A DNA stretch of 54,845 nucleotides from Nitrospinota bacterium (GTDB lineage: Bacteria > UBA8248), in NCBI GenBank assembly GCA_030754595.1, contig JASLZZ010000094.1:1-54845 (forward strand), in the 5' to 3' direction. The notes beneath the pieces are model-generated. The model was not told where the DNA came from. It saw nothing but the letters and a program-made list of their open reading frames with translations, and ran no database searches. This document shows, piece after piece, positions 39,817 through 49,674 of the stretch. Each line of letters begins with the position of its first letter. Position 1 is the first letter of the stretch. Position numbers and translations under genes: made by a program.

Positions 39817-40716
39817 TCAGGATGACGGCGGAGAAAGAACGATGTCGATGCGCCGGTTCTTATTCCTTCCCGGCTTGGTCGAGTTGTCCGCGATGGGGCG
39901 AAATTCGCCCATGCCCGCCGCCGATATCCGTCTCGGGTCGATGTTTCCGATCTCGACCAGGAACCGCAGAATGCGTGTTGCCCGGGCCGCCGAAAGCTCC
40001 CAGTTGGACTCCCAACGCTCGGTGAGCCTGTCGCTGATGGGGATGTTGTCGGTATGGCCCTGAACCTGGATTTCACGGTTAAGGTAGCGGTTAAAAATTC
40101 GCGAGATTTTTTTGAGATGGTTTTTTCCGCTGGCCCGAATCCTGGCGCTCCCAGAGGAAAACAGAATAGTGCTGGCGAGACTGATAACGACATTTTCCTT
40201 GCGGCGGGATATGGAAACCGTACCCGACGATGATTCCTTCGAAAACTGCGCGGCCATATCTTTTTTCAGTTGCTCCTGCAGCCGGAGACGGTCCTCGAAC
40301 CGGTCCAGCTTTTGGCGTATCCCGGCGAGGGATTTCTCGAGGGTCCGCTCTCTGTCCCGGCTTTTCTCGATAGCGTTTTTGAGCCGGGCGCTTTCTTTTT
40401 GGGCCGACTTGCCTTCCTGGCTTTGAAAGGAAAGGCGGGTCCGCGTATCGGCCAAGCTTGACTCGAGTTTTTGCCCGTGGCGCCGGGACATGGTGAGCGA
40501 TTGGGCGAGCTCTTCGTTTTCCAGCCGGCCGTCCCCGATCTGTTTTCGGAGGTCGTCGGTGCTCCTGCGAAGGGAGGCGATCCGGGTCCGGGAGATGTCC
40601 AAATCCTTCCTGAGACCCGACGCCTCGGAGACTTTCTTTTCGTAGTCCTCGACGCTCACGCACCCGGAAAGGGCAAGGAGGCAAGCCAGGGCGAGGGCCC
40701 CGTACGGTTTGTTCAT
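39817..40716 (-). CDS. OmpA/MotB-domain coiled-coil lipoprotein
   Basis: ATG 40716; LSGC lipobox; GHTDN, NWELSAARA, NRRIDI. Confidence 0.88.
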   Translation of the reverse strand: MNKPYGALALACLLALSGCVSVEDYEKKVSEASGLRKDLDISRTRIASLRRSTDDLRKQIGDGRLENEELAQSLTMSRRHGQKLESSLADTRTRLSFQSQEGKSAQKESARLKNAIEKSRDRERTLEKSLAGIRQKLDRFEDRLRLQEQLKKDMAAQFSKESSSGTVSISRRKENVVISLASTILFSSGSARIRASGKNHLKKISRIFNRYLNREIQVQGHTDNIPISDRLTERWESNWELSAARATRILRFLVEIGNIDPRRISAAGMGEFRPIADNSTKPGRNKNRRIDIVLSPPSS

Positions 40717-41756
40717 CGTCCCAGCCCCTCCGAAAGAAACCGTTCGGCGTCCGCCACATCTTCCTTGCAGCCGACGAAAAAAGGAACGCGCTGGTGAAGC
40801 TCTTCGGGCACGATGTCCATAATGCGGTGTCTGCCGTTGCTCGCCGCTCCGCCGGCCTGCTCCACGATGAAGGACATTGGATTGCACTCGTAGGTGAGGC
40901 GGAGCTTTCCGTTCGGGTTCGCCTTGTCGCCCGGATAGAGGAATATGCCTCCCTTGAGGAGGTTCCGGTGAAAGTCGGCGACGAGGGAGCCGATGTAGCG
41001 GGCCGAGTAGGGGCGCCCGGACGCCTTGTCGCTTTCCTTCAGGTGGGCGATGTAGCGCGCCACCGGCTCGTCCCACTTCCCGGAGTTTCCCTCGTTGATG
41101 CTGTAGATTTTTCCCCGTGCCGGAATCTTGATGTTGGGGTGCGACAGAAAAAACTCACCGACCGAGGGGTCGAGGGTGAACCCGTTCACGCTGTTTCCGG
41201 CCGTGTAAACGAGCATGGTCGAGGAGCCGTAAATCACGTACCCGGCGCAAACCTGCTCGGTTCCGGGTTGCAGAAAATCCTCTATCGTCGCTTCGGGGTT
41301 CGTGGTTTTTCTTTTCAGGATGGAAAAAATGGAGCCGATGCTTACGTTCACGTCGATGTTGGAGGAGCCGTCCAGCGGGTCGTAGACGACAACGTACTCC
41401 CCATCGTCCAGGTAGTCGCCGGAGACGATATAGGGATCGTCCATTTCCTCGCTGGCGAGGGCGGCGACGGACCCGTGGTGATCCAGGGCGCGGCGGAGCA
41501 CCTCGTCGGCGTAAGTGTCCAGTTTCTGGACTTTCTCGCCCTGAATGTTCGTATGGCCGGTCAGGCCGAGAATGTCCACGAGGCCCGCCTTGTTCACCTC
41601 GGCGTTGATGATTTTAGCGGCAAGCGAAATCTGGCTGATCAGTGTGGTGAAAACGCCCCGGGCCTGGGGAAATTTTCTTTCCTCTTCCTTGACGTGCCGC
41701 TCCAGGGTAATTCCTTTTTCGAGCTCGGCCTCGGCCGTTGCCGCTTGTGGACTCAT
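40713..41756 (-). CDS. fbp: Fructose-1,6-bisphosphatase class 1
   Basis: DPLDGSSNID, RYIGSLVADFHRNL, GKLRLTYE. Confidence 0.96.
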   Translation of the reverse strand: MSPQAATAEAELEKGITLERHVKEEERKFPQARGVFTTLISQISLAAKIINAEVNKAGLVDILGLTGHTNIQGEKVQKLDTYADEVLRRALDHHGSVAALASEEMDDPYIVSGDYLDDGEYVVVYDPLDGSSNIDVNVSIGSIFSILKRKTTNPEATIEDFLQPGTEQVCAGYVIYGSSTMLVYTAGNSVNGFTLDPSVGEFFLSHPNIKIPARGKIYSINEGNSGKWDEPVARYIAHLKESDKASGRPYSARYIGSLVADFHRNLLKGGIFLYPGDKANPNGKLRLTYECNPMSFIVEQAGGAASNGRHRIMDIVPEELHQRVPFFVGCKEDVADAERFLSEGLGR

Positions 41757-41835
41757 GGTCTCCGCCTCATTTCGGGAGAGGGTGGTAGACGAACGATGTT
41801 TTAACACAGACCGCCAAAAAACGCGGCGTCGGCCC

Positions 41836-42864
41836 TTATACGGCGACGACCTCCTTTTCCATGGCGGTGGAGTAGGAGCCCGACCGCGCGGCGCCGTTGC
41901 ACTTGGCGCGATGATACAAAACCTTTTGAGCGAGGGGGACGTTCGAGGCCTCGCCGACCCAGGCTTTCAAGGCGGGGGCCTGAAGGGCGCGTCCGTAGGA
42001 GAAGCTCAGCTCCCAGGGGTGGGGGCCGGTGGCGTTCAACGCGTTGAGGCGGGCAGTAGCCTCCTCGTCGGTCTGTCCCCCCGAGAGGAAAGCGATTCCC
42101 GGAACGCCTTCCGGCACGGCGCTCCTCAGGCAGCGCAGGGTTTGCTCGGCCACCTCCTCCACTCCCGCCCGCGAGGGACAATCCTTCCCGGAGAGGACCA
42201 TGTTGGGTTTGAGGATCATTCCCTCGAGGAGGACCCGTTGTTTGGAAAGCTCATCGAAAACGCATTTGAAGGTCGCCTCCGAGGCTTCGTGGCAGGTTTC
42301 GATCGAGTGACCGCCGTCCATGAGGACCTCGGGCTCGACGATGGGGACCAGGCTGGCTTCCTGCGACAGGGCCGCGAAGCGGGCCAGCGCGTGGGCGTTG
42401 GCCTCGATGGCGTAGGAGGTGGGGAGCCCTTCGCCGATGTTGATGACCCCGCGCCATTTCGTGAACCGGGCACCGAGGCCGTAGTACTCCTTCAGGCGAT
42501 CCCGGAGGCCGTCGAGGCCCTCGGTCACCGTCTCTCCGGGAGCGCCGGCGAGCGGTTTCGCGCCTTTGTCCACCTTGATGCCGGGGAGGATGCCCAGCCC
42601 GGCGAGCAGAGTGGGAAACGGGGTTCCGTCCTGGGCGCTCTGGCGAAGCGTCTCGTCGAAGAGGATGACGCCGCTGATGAAGTCCTCGACGCCCTTGGTG
42701 GTGAAAAGCATCTCCCGGTAGGAACGGCGGTTTTCCTCCGTGGAAGGGACATTGATCGAATCAAAGCGCTTTTTGATGGTTCCGTCGCTTTCGTCCGCGG
42801 CGAGAATCCCCTTGCCGGCGGCCACCATCTTGATTGCGTTGGTCTCGATCTCTTTTGTGCTCAT
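41836..42864 (-). CDS. Fructose-bisphosphate aldolase class I
   Basis: GILAADES, GIKVDKG, VPIVEPE, LKPNM, FSYGRALQ. Confidence 0.96.
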   Translation of the reverse strand: MSTKEIETNAIKMVAAGKGILAADESDGTIKKRFDSINVPSTEENRRSYREMLFTTKGVEDFISGVILFDETLRQSAQDGTPFPTLLAGLGILPGIKVDKGAKPLAGAPGETVTEGLDGLRDRLKEYYGLGARFTKWRGVINIGEGLPTSYAIEANAHALARFAALSQEASLVPIVEPEVLMDGGHSIETCHEASEATFKCVFDELSKQRVLLEGMILKPNMVLSGKDCPSRAGVEEVAEQTLRCLRSAVPEGVPGIAFLSGGQTDEEATARLNALNATGPHPWELSFSYGRALQAPALKAWVGEASNVPLAQKVLYHRAKCNGAARSGSYSTAMEKEVVAV

Positions 42865-43234
42865 CGCCCCGCCCCCCTGCTGGATAAAATGTCAAGTATC
42901 CGGACTTCGGACCCTTAAGATATTAATATAGGATTGAATCCCCCCGAACGGGCTGGAATTCTAACAAATCTTCCTCCGGATAGAAACATTTGGAGAAAAA
43001 GAAATAGCCTGAATTTCGCGGCATTTCCTCCCCTTCGCCGGGGGTGGTGCTGAGGCCGGATCGGGTTATCGGCGAAATAGTCTATATTCTCCGGGCGGTA
43101 TCTGAAATCGGGGTGACCCTCCGCCAAGGGGCGGAGGGGCCGGCGCGCAAAGGCGGTGTGACCCAGCGCCAGGGGGCGGTGGGGCCTGCCCAGTCTGATG
43201 GCGGGATGTCTGGATGGCAGGAGGGCGGCCGAGG

Positions 43235-44413
43235 ATGAACAGGAGGTTTTGGGCGCCAGCCGTCTGGCGGATACCGGCATTTTATTTCTTTCATTTCTTT
43301 GGCGTTGGCGTCACCCTCCCGTTCCTGAACGTCTACTACCATTCGGTTGGAATCACGGCGGCCCAGCTGGGTTACTTGAACGCCGCTGCCAGGATATCGA
43401 CCTCTCTGGTGCCTCCGCTGGCCGGAGCGCTGGCCGACAGGCTGCGCCGGTGCCGCGAGATTATGCTCGTCTGTGTGGCGGTGAGCAGCCTTGCGGCCCT
43501 GAGCTTTTGGTGGAGGGGCGGGTTCTGGTTTTTTCTTGTGCTGATTATCTTGTATTCGGCTTGCCGGGGCGCGATTGGCCCCATCGCGGAAAATGTCTCT
43601 CTCCGGCAAATCGAGGCCAGCGGCGGCGAATACAGCCGCCTTAGATGGTGGGGCTCGCTGGGATTTATTGTCGCCGCCCTGGTGGTCGGAAGGCTTATCG
43701 AGGTGCATTCGATCAGCCTGATGTTTCCTGTCTTGTTCGTCAGCGGGATGTTCCTGATGGGCGTGGTCGGGACCTTTCCCGGAGAATGGGAGGGAACCCA
43801 ATCCGACTTTCGAGGCAACCTGGAAGAACTCCTGAAGAATAAACCGCTGATCAATTTTTTTTGCGCCGCCGTTTTAGCCGCGGTGAGTTCGGGGCCGTTT
43901 GGCCTTTATTCCAGCATTTATCTCGGCCAGCTTGGTTCGTCGGCATTAATTATCGGACTGGCATGGACGGTGGGCGTTGTCAGCGAGATTTTCTTCTTGT
44001 GGTTCGCCGGCAGCATTCAAAATCGAATCGGGCTTAAAGGGATGATAGCCACGGGGATTTTTGCCTTGGCTCTCAGGTGGGAGTTTACGACCTGGACCAC
44101 GAATATCTCTGCCCTGATAGCGATTCAGGCGCTTCACGGCCTTACTTTCGGGATATACCACGTCGGGGCCATTCAGTTTGTGGACCAGATGAGCGGCAAG
44201 GCGATCAAAAACACGGGCCAGGCGCTGTATAACGCCGCCACTTTCGGACTCGGTTCAACTGTTGGGGTGTTGCTGGCCGGATGGCTTCTCCCCTCCCTGG
44301 GATTTATCGTGTTGATGCATCTGAGTGCGATATTGGCGCTAATCGCGGGGGTTTGGTTTGTCGTATCGACGAACATTCGACCCGCCAAACCCCCGGCGCC
44401 CTCCGGTTCTTAA
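43235..44413 (+). CDS. MFS transporter (MFS_1-like)
   Basis: About 12 TM; GALADR, YSRLRWWGSLGF, QALHGLTFG. Confidence 0.88.
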   Translation: MNRRFWAPAVWRIPAFYFFHFFGVGVTLPFLNVYYHSVGITAAQLGYLNAAARISTSLVPPLAGALADRLRRCREIMLVCVAVSSLAALSFWWRGGFWFFLVLIILYSACRGAIGPIAENVSLRQIEASGGEYSRLRWWGSLGFIVAALVVGRLIEVHSISLMFPVLFVSGMFLMGVVGTFPGEWEGTQSDFRGNLEELLKNKPLINFFCAAVLAAVSSGPFGLYSSIYLGQLGSSALIIGLAWTVGVVSEIFFLWFAGSIQNRIGLKGMIATGIFALALRWEFTTWTTNISALIAIQALHGLTFGIYHVGAIQFVDQMSGKAIKNTGQALYNAATFGLGSTVGVLLAGWLLPSLGFIVLMHLSAILALIAGVWFVVSTNIRPAKPPAPSGS

Positions 44414-44671
44414 CGCAAAGGGATATTGCGGGAGGTCCGATTTTGGTTTTTGAAGCAAGACCGCGACGCCGCCTTTTTCGCCGGGTCTGGATGAAACATG
44501 TTGAATTCTTTCGGCTTGTGCGCTTATCGGAACGCTTTCCGAGGGCTCCCCTTCGTCGAGCCACACCTCGAGCACTTCGCCGGGCTTCATTTCCTCGAGC
44601 GCGAGTTTTGTCCGCACCCATGTCATCGGGCAAATTTCTCCCAGGAGGTCCAGGGTTTTATCGGGCTCCAT
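44339..44671 (-). CDS. TusA/SirA family sulfurtransferase
   Basis: LDLLGEICPMTWVRTKLALEEM..GEVLEVWLD. Confidence 0.82.
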   Translation of the reverse strand: MEPDKTLDLLGEICPMTWVRTKLALEEMKPGEVLEVWLDEGEPSESVPISAQAERIQHVSSRPGEKGGVAVLLQKPKSDLPQYPFALRTGGRRGFGGSNVRRYDKPNPRD

Positions 44672-44713
44672 TTCCGCTCCATTCTTCAAAGTTTAGAGTT
44701 GATAGCGTGACCC

Positions 44714-45445
44714 ATGGGTGATCCTGCCATTTTTTTGACCGGAACCGGAACCGGCGTCGGAAAAACGGTGGCGGGCTGCGCTCTTGCGCTCCGGTGGGCC
44801 TCCGAGGGGCGCGGCCCCCGGGTTTTCAAGCCGGCGGAATCGGGGTGCGAATCCAAGGGCGATAGCCTTTATCCGGCGGACGCCGCGGCGCTCAAGGCGG
44901 CGGCGGGCGACGTGCGGCCCCTCGATGAGATTTGTCCTTATCGCTACGCGCTCCCGATGGCTCCGGCGCACGCGGCCGAGGAGGAGGGAAACCCGCCGGA
45001 CATAGCGAAAATCGAGGACGCCATCAGTGAACTGCGCTCCCGGCCGGGTCCTCTTCTAGTCGAGGGAGCGGGAGGGCTTCTCGTCCCCCTGGGGCCGGGA
45101 GCGCGGATGAGCGATGTGGCGCGGCGGTGCGGGCTCGATATCTTGATCGTGGCTCCCCTGGGGTTGGGTACGCTCAACGACACTCAAATGACAGTGCGGG
45201 TGGCCAGGGACGAGGGGCTCGCCATCGCCGGGATTATTCTGAACGATTTGACCGGGACGGAATCCCCCTCCGCGCGGCGGAACCCCTCGGCCATCGAAGA
45301 GCTGTGCGACGCGCCTTTGCTGGGTGTATTTCCGCATATCTCCGGACTTGATTCGGAGATGAAAAAAAATATGGAAGATGGGTCAACGGCCGCCGGCCGG
45401 CTTCGGGAGGCGACCGCCGGCGCCGGCTGGGACTCGATCGGGTGA
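44714..45445 (+). CDS. bioD: Dethiobiotin synthase
   Basis: TGTGTGVGKT, FKPAESG, VEGAGGLLVP. Confidence 0.92.
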   Translation: MGDPAIFLTGTGTGVGKTVAGCALALRWASEGRGPRVFKPAESGCESKGDSLYPADAAALKAAAGDVRPLDEICPYRYALPMAPAHAAEEEGNPPDIAKIEDAISELRSRPGPLLVEGAGGLLVPLGPGARMSDVARRCGLDILIVAPLGLGTLNDTQMTVRVARDEGLAIAGIILNDLTGTESPSARRNPSAIEELCDAPLLGVFPHISGLDSEMKKNMEDGSTAAGRLREATAGAGWDSIG

Positions 45446-45452
45446 TGGTTCG

Positions 45453-46460
45453 TTAACTGGCGGCTCCGGTGGCCGGACCGCTCAGAAAGTGACCTCTCAA
45501 ACTGGTGATTTGCTCGGGGCGGCCCATGGCGTAAAGGATATCTTCCTCGCCGATGGCATAATCCGCGCCCGGGTTAAAAGTCATTTCTTCTCCCTTTCGG
45601 GCCGCCAAAATATATACGCCGGTTTCCTGACTAATCTTCGAGTCTCGAAGAGAGAGCCCCACCAAAGGAGAGTCCTTGGGAATCTTGGCCTCTTCAAAAT
45701 CCCAATCTTTCGAGGTGTAGCCCGTGATCGTGTCAAAAAAATTCGCCAGCTTGGGCCGCAGGACGGATTCCGCCATTCGAAGGCCGCCCATCGTGTAGGG
45801 CGAGATAACACGGCTGGCGCCCGCGTCATGGAGTTTGGGAATCGCGCTGTCCCAGGCGGCCCTCGCTACGACGAAAAGGCCCCTGTTCAGCCGCCTGGCG
45901 GAAAGGGTGACAAATACATTTTCCGCGTCGGTGGGCATGGAACTGATGAGACCGACGGCCCGCTCCACCCCGGATTCTATGAGTACGTTGTCATTGGTCG
46001 CGTCTCCGACGACTACGGGGATGTCCTCGTCGATGAGTTGCGCGGCTTTTTCCGGGTCGTTTTCTATCACGACGTATGGCCGATTCTCCCGGCGAAACTC
46101 ACGGCATATAACAAATCCGATTCGCCCGTATCCGCAAATGATATGGTGCCCGCGTAGTTTATGAATTTCGCGCACTCTCTTTCGCCTCCCGAAAATTTGA
46201 CGGACGCGCCCCTCGATCATGATCTCGGCGATTCCCGCCATGACGTAAAATACAGCCCCGACACCCATGATGAGGAGCGCGGCGGTGAACATTCTCCCCG
46301 CCGGACTCAGCGGCCTGACCTCCTGGTAGCCGACGGTCGTGACGGAGATGATGGTCATGTAAAAAGCTTCGTCTAGCGGCCACCCCTCGATCAGGGTGTA
46401 TCCGACCGTTCCGAATACGGTGATTCCAAGAAGGATTGCGCCGAAATAAAAAAAATGCAT
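45453..46460 (-). CDS. Potassium channel protein (2TM + TrkA-N + TrkA-C)
   Basis: TTVGY selectivity filter, ICGYGRIG, GDAT. Confidence 0.92.
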   Translation of the reverse strand: MHFFYFGAILLGITVFGTVGYTLIEGWPLDEAFYMTIISVTTVGYQEVRPLSPAGRMFTAALLIMGVGAVFYVMAGIAEIMIEGRVRQIFGRRKRVREIHKLRGHHIICGYGRIGFVICREFRRENRPYVVIENDPEKAAQLIDEDIPVVVGDATNDNVLIESGVERAVGLISSMPTDAENVFVTLSARRLNRGLFVVARAAWDSAIPKLHDAGASRVISPYTMGGLRMAESVLRPKLANFFDTITGYTSKDWDFEEAKIPKDSPLVGLSLRDSKISQETGVYILAARKGEEMTFNPGADYAIGEEDILYAMGRPEQITSLRGHFLSGPATGAAS

Positions 46461-46581
46461 GGGCTGGCTTATCTCCCCGATCCGGCAGGAATTTGGCTAC
46501 ACGCATAATATAAGGCCAGATAGAGGGATAGCGAACTCTGCGGAAAAAACCAAGTCAATCCGAAGGATTTTGGGGCGATTG

Positions 46582-47517
46582 TCAGCTCTTCTCGAGCAAG
46601 GAAAAAAGATCTTCGCCCAGTCGGGTTCGGGCCTCGTCCAGAATAGGCTTGATGGCCTCTACAAAAGCCTTGCGCTCGGATGAAGTCAGGTCGACAACGT
46701 TGACGCCTTCTTCCTCGAGTTGGACGCGAAGCGCCTTTTCCTTGGATAGGGCCAGGTCGCGCTGGACCTGGATGGCCTCTTGGGCCGAATCCCGGACGGC
46801 GAGCCGCACATCTTCCGGCCACGAGTCGAAGCTTTCTTTGTGAATGTATAGACCCCGCGCCCCGAAAAAATGCGCGCTCATGGTGATGTGATTGTGATGG
46901 TCGGTCACCCCGTAGGTGACGGTGTTCGCCAGGGGGTTTTCCTGGGCGTCGACATCGTGTGAGACGATCTTTTCGATACCCTCCTTTAAATCGGCCGGAA
47001 CGGGAACGGCTCCCAACAGCTCGAAAGTTTTGATGTGAACCTCGTTGGGCTGGAGCCTGATGCGCATACCCTCGAGTTCGGCGGGCGATCGCACGGGGCG
47101 GAGCAGGTTGGACAGCTGGCGAAATCCATTGTCCCAGTAACCCAGGACGCGGTAACCGATGCATTCCTCCGTTTTTTCGGTGAGATATTTTCCCAGCGCG
47201 CCGTCGAGGGCGGAGTGGGCGCTTTCTTCATTTTCAAATACAAAGGGCAAGTCGATGATTTCGAGTTGATAGAGCTCGGGAAAAAGATTCGTGAGGTAAC
47301 TGGTGGAGAAGTAGCACATGGTGAGAAGGCCGCACTCCACCATCGAGAGAAGGTCGTCCGCACGGTAGCCGAAATCGAGAATGTTCCAATAAACATCGAC
47401 GTCAACAGCGTTACCCAGCCGTTTTTCGAGGGACTCCTTGAAATGGATCGAAGCCTGGCTGTGGGTGGAGTCTGGAGGAGAATATCCTGCAAGCCGAATT
47501 TTGATTGGTTGGGTCAT
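46582..47517 (-). CDS. TRAP transporter DctP-like substrate-binding protein
   Basis: DLPFVF, DNGFRQ, LEGMRIR, DAQENP. Confidence 0.88.
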   Translation of the reverse strand: MTQPIKIRLAGYSPPDSTHSQASIHFKESLEKRLGNAVDVDVYWNILDFGYRADDLLSMVECGLLTMCYFSTSYLTNLFPELYQLEIIDLPFVFENEESAHSALDGALGKYLTEKTEECIGYRVLGYWDNGFRQLSNLLRPVRSPAELEGMRIRLQPNEVHIKTFELLGAVPVPADLKEGIEKIVSHDVDAQENPLANTVTYGVTDHHNHITMSAHFFGARGLYIHKESFDSWPEDVRLAVRDSAQEAIQVQRDLALSKEKALRVQLEEEGVNVVDLTSSERKAFVEAIKPILDEARTRLGEDLFSLLEKS

Positions 47518-47749
47518 GGGGAATCCTTTAGTAATTCGAGTAAAATTCAAGACTAGCACATGAAATATAAAGCGTAGTTAATCCGAGAAAATTACGTAAG
47601 ATATTGATAGTAATTCGATTGTACCATTACTTGCGTTATTTGTTCTCTTTCTGTGAAGAATAACATCTCTTGACGCCTTTTTATCTATTGGGCATGGTTC
47701 GTGTCCAGAATTTCGGGATCAGGCTCAGGCATCTTGGGAGAGTAAAAGT

Positions 47750-48346
47750 ATGGCAACGCTTCAGGAACAACTCTTTGTTCAGGTCGCTACCCGCTCGTTG
47801 AATCAACTGGCCAAAAATTTTCAAAAAAAGTACGAACCCAAAAAGGGAGACCGGTTCAGCGTTAAAGGAATCACCTATGAAATCGGTCCGCCTAGATGTG
47901 TGGACGATTGCATTCGGTTTGAGATTAGTAGCAAAATTCCGGGTGACGAATTTACGTCCGGATATAACGAATCGAAGTATTTCAAGGAAATCGAAAAAGT
48001 TTGCCAAAAATCCTCCAAAAAACCCACCTTCAGCGATATGGAAAACATTATCCGGGAAACGCGCGACCAGGAACGCAAAGAACGCGATTACGTGAAGTTG
48101 GCCTTTCAATACGAAAAAAGTGAGCTTTACGATGAAAACGAGATTATAAAAGAAGTCGAGGAGTATTCAAAAAATCCTGACAAAGAAGTTCCTCCCTCCA
48201 TGCCGGGCGCGAATACCATCGCCGCCAGGCTGATTTTGAACCGCCTTGAAGGAAAATTGCTTGAGTCGGCGAAAAAAAATATCGAGGATCTCATCAAGGC
48301 GAACGATTCCGTCCGCTCCGGACTCAAGAAACTAAAGGGAAATTAA
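47750..48346 (+). CDS. Hypothetical protein
   Basis: RBS GGGAG; 198 aa, charged; no family recognised. Confidence 0.7.
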   Translation: MATLQEQLFVQVATRSLNQLAKNFQKKYEPKKGDRFSVKGITYEIGPPRCVDDCIRFEISSKIPGDEFTSGYNESKYFKEIEKVCQKSSKKPTFSDMENIIRETRDQERKERDYVKLAFQYEKSELYDENEIIKEVEEYSKNPDKEVPPSMPGANTIAARLILNRLEGKLLESAKKNIEDLIKANDSVRSGLKKLKGN

Positions 48347-48357
48347 TATTCTCCTCC

Positions 48358-49590
48358 GTGCCCATGGCCCCGCCTCTCGCAATTACCGGATGCGCGGTCA
48401 GAACACCGCTTGAGCATATATCCAACGCCCTGATCCTCGTGGATCGGGGCGTTGTTTCTTATGTAGGGCCTATTGGCTCGCGCCCGATACCCTCCGATGC
48501 GGAAATTCTGGATTTGGGCGGGCTGTTGGCCTGTCCCGGTTTTATCGACCTCCAGGTGAACGGCCTGGATGACAACGCGGTGATGGCCGCCGAGGCCGCC
48601 GGCGTTAGAGGGATGGCCGCGGAGCTGGTCTCGCGCGGGACCACATCGTTTCTTCCCACACTGACTACATCTTCTAAAGACCATCTTTTGGCCTCGGCCT
48701 CCGCCGTGCGCCAGGCGTGGGAAACTCTTGAAAAGGAAAATACCCCTTCGTCCTCGATTTTGGGCGTACATCTCGAGGGTCCTTATTTTTCGAAAATGAT
48801 GGCGGGTGCGCATCCGCCCGAACACATCCGGCCGATCGATCTCGAGGAGATCGAACGAATCGCGGAGGCCGCGGGGGGCTGGGGGGAGGAGGGCCGACCG
48901 GGGCTTCGACTGGTCACGCTCTCCCCAGAGCTCGGTGGCGCTCCTGAGGCGGTCCGGTGGCTTGGCGAACGCGGCGTCCTGGCCGCGATGGGGCATACGG
49001 CGGCCTCGGCCGATAGGGTGGAAAATTTCCTGTCCGCCGGAGGGGCGTTCGCGGTCCATGCCTATAACCGGTACGGCTCGCCCGGAGAGGCCGGCTCTCC
49101 GGAGGCGAAGCCTCCCGATCACCGCTCCCCGGGCCCGATGGCTTCAGTGAGCTCGGACCCCAGGCTGATGGCGGGCATCATCGCGGATGGCGTCCACGTA
49201 CACCCGGAAATCGTTTCTGAATTCATCCAAAAAAAAGGCTGGTTCCGGACGGTTCTCACTTCCGATCTGGTGTCCGGCGGAGGGCTTTCAGGCGAGGAAA
49301 ATGCCCAAACCTCTGGGTTTGCCGTTAAGCGCGGGGGTATTTTGACCGGAAGCCGCCTGTCCGTCGGGGAGATGATCCCGCTTATCAAAAAATGGCGCCG
49401 GCTGGACGATAGCCGCATCCTGGCGCTTGCCACCTGGAACCCCGCCAAACTCCTTGGATCGCCGGGGAAAAGAGGCTGCCTGCGCCCGGGGGCCAGGGCG
49501 GACATCTGTTTCCTCGATCCGGACTCCCTGGAGGTATCGACCGTGATGGCGGGGGGTGAATGGGTTTCGGGCTCCCCGCCCCATGGATGA
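48358..49590 (+). CDS. nagA: N-acetylglucosamine-6-phosphate deacetylase-like amidohydrolase
   Basis: PGFIDLQVNG, GTTSFLPT, HLEGPY, GAH, IADGVHV. Confidence 0.8.
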   Translation: MPMAPPLAITGCAVRTPLEHISNALILVDRGVVSYVGPIGSRPIPSDAEILDLGGLLACPGFIDLQVNGLDDNAVMAAEAAGVRGMAAELVSRGTTSFLPTLTTSSKDHLLASASAVRQAWETLEKENTPSSSILGVHLEGPYFSKMMAGAHPPEHIRPIDLEEIERIAEAAGGWGEEGRPGLRLVTLSPELGGAPEAVRWLGERGVLAAMGHTAASADRVENFLSAGGAFAVHAYNRYGSPGEAGSPEAKPPDHRSPGPMASVSSDPRLMAGIIADGVHVHPEIVSEFIQKKGWFRTVLTSDLVSGGGLSGEENAQTSGFAVKRGGILTGSRLSVGEMIPLIKKWRRLDDSRILALATWNPAKLLGSPGKRGCLRPGARADICFLDPDSLEVSTVMAGGEWVSGSPPHG

Positions 49591-49674
49591 TTTGAAAAGA
49601 ACTTTCATGTAAATTTACGATAGATATTCCTCTCTCGTCCGTCTGTCCAGGAATTTTTTCTGAGTGGGCGTTTC

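Noticed and set aside
40717..41076. N-terminal extension of the OmpA/MotB ORF
   Set aside because: Overlaps fbp in another frame; ATG 40716 has a lipoprotein signal and couples to the fbp stop
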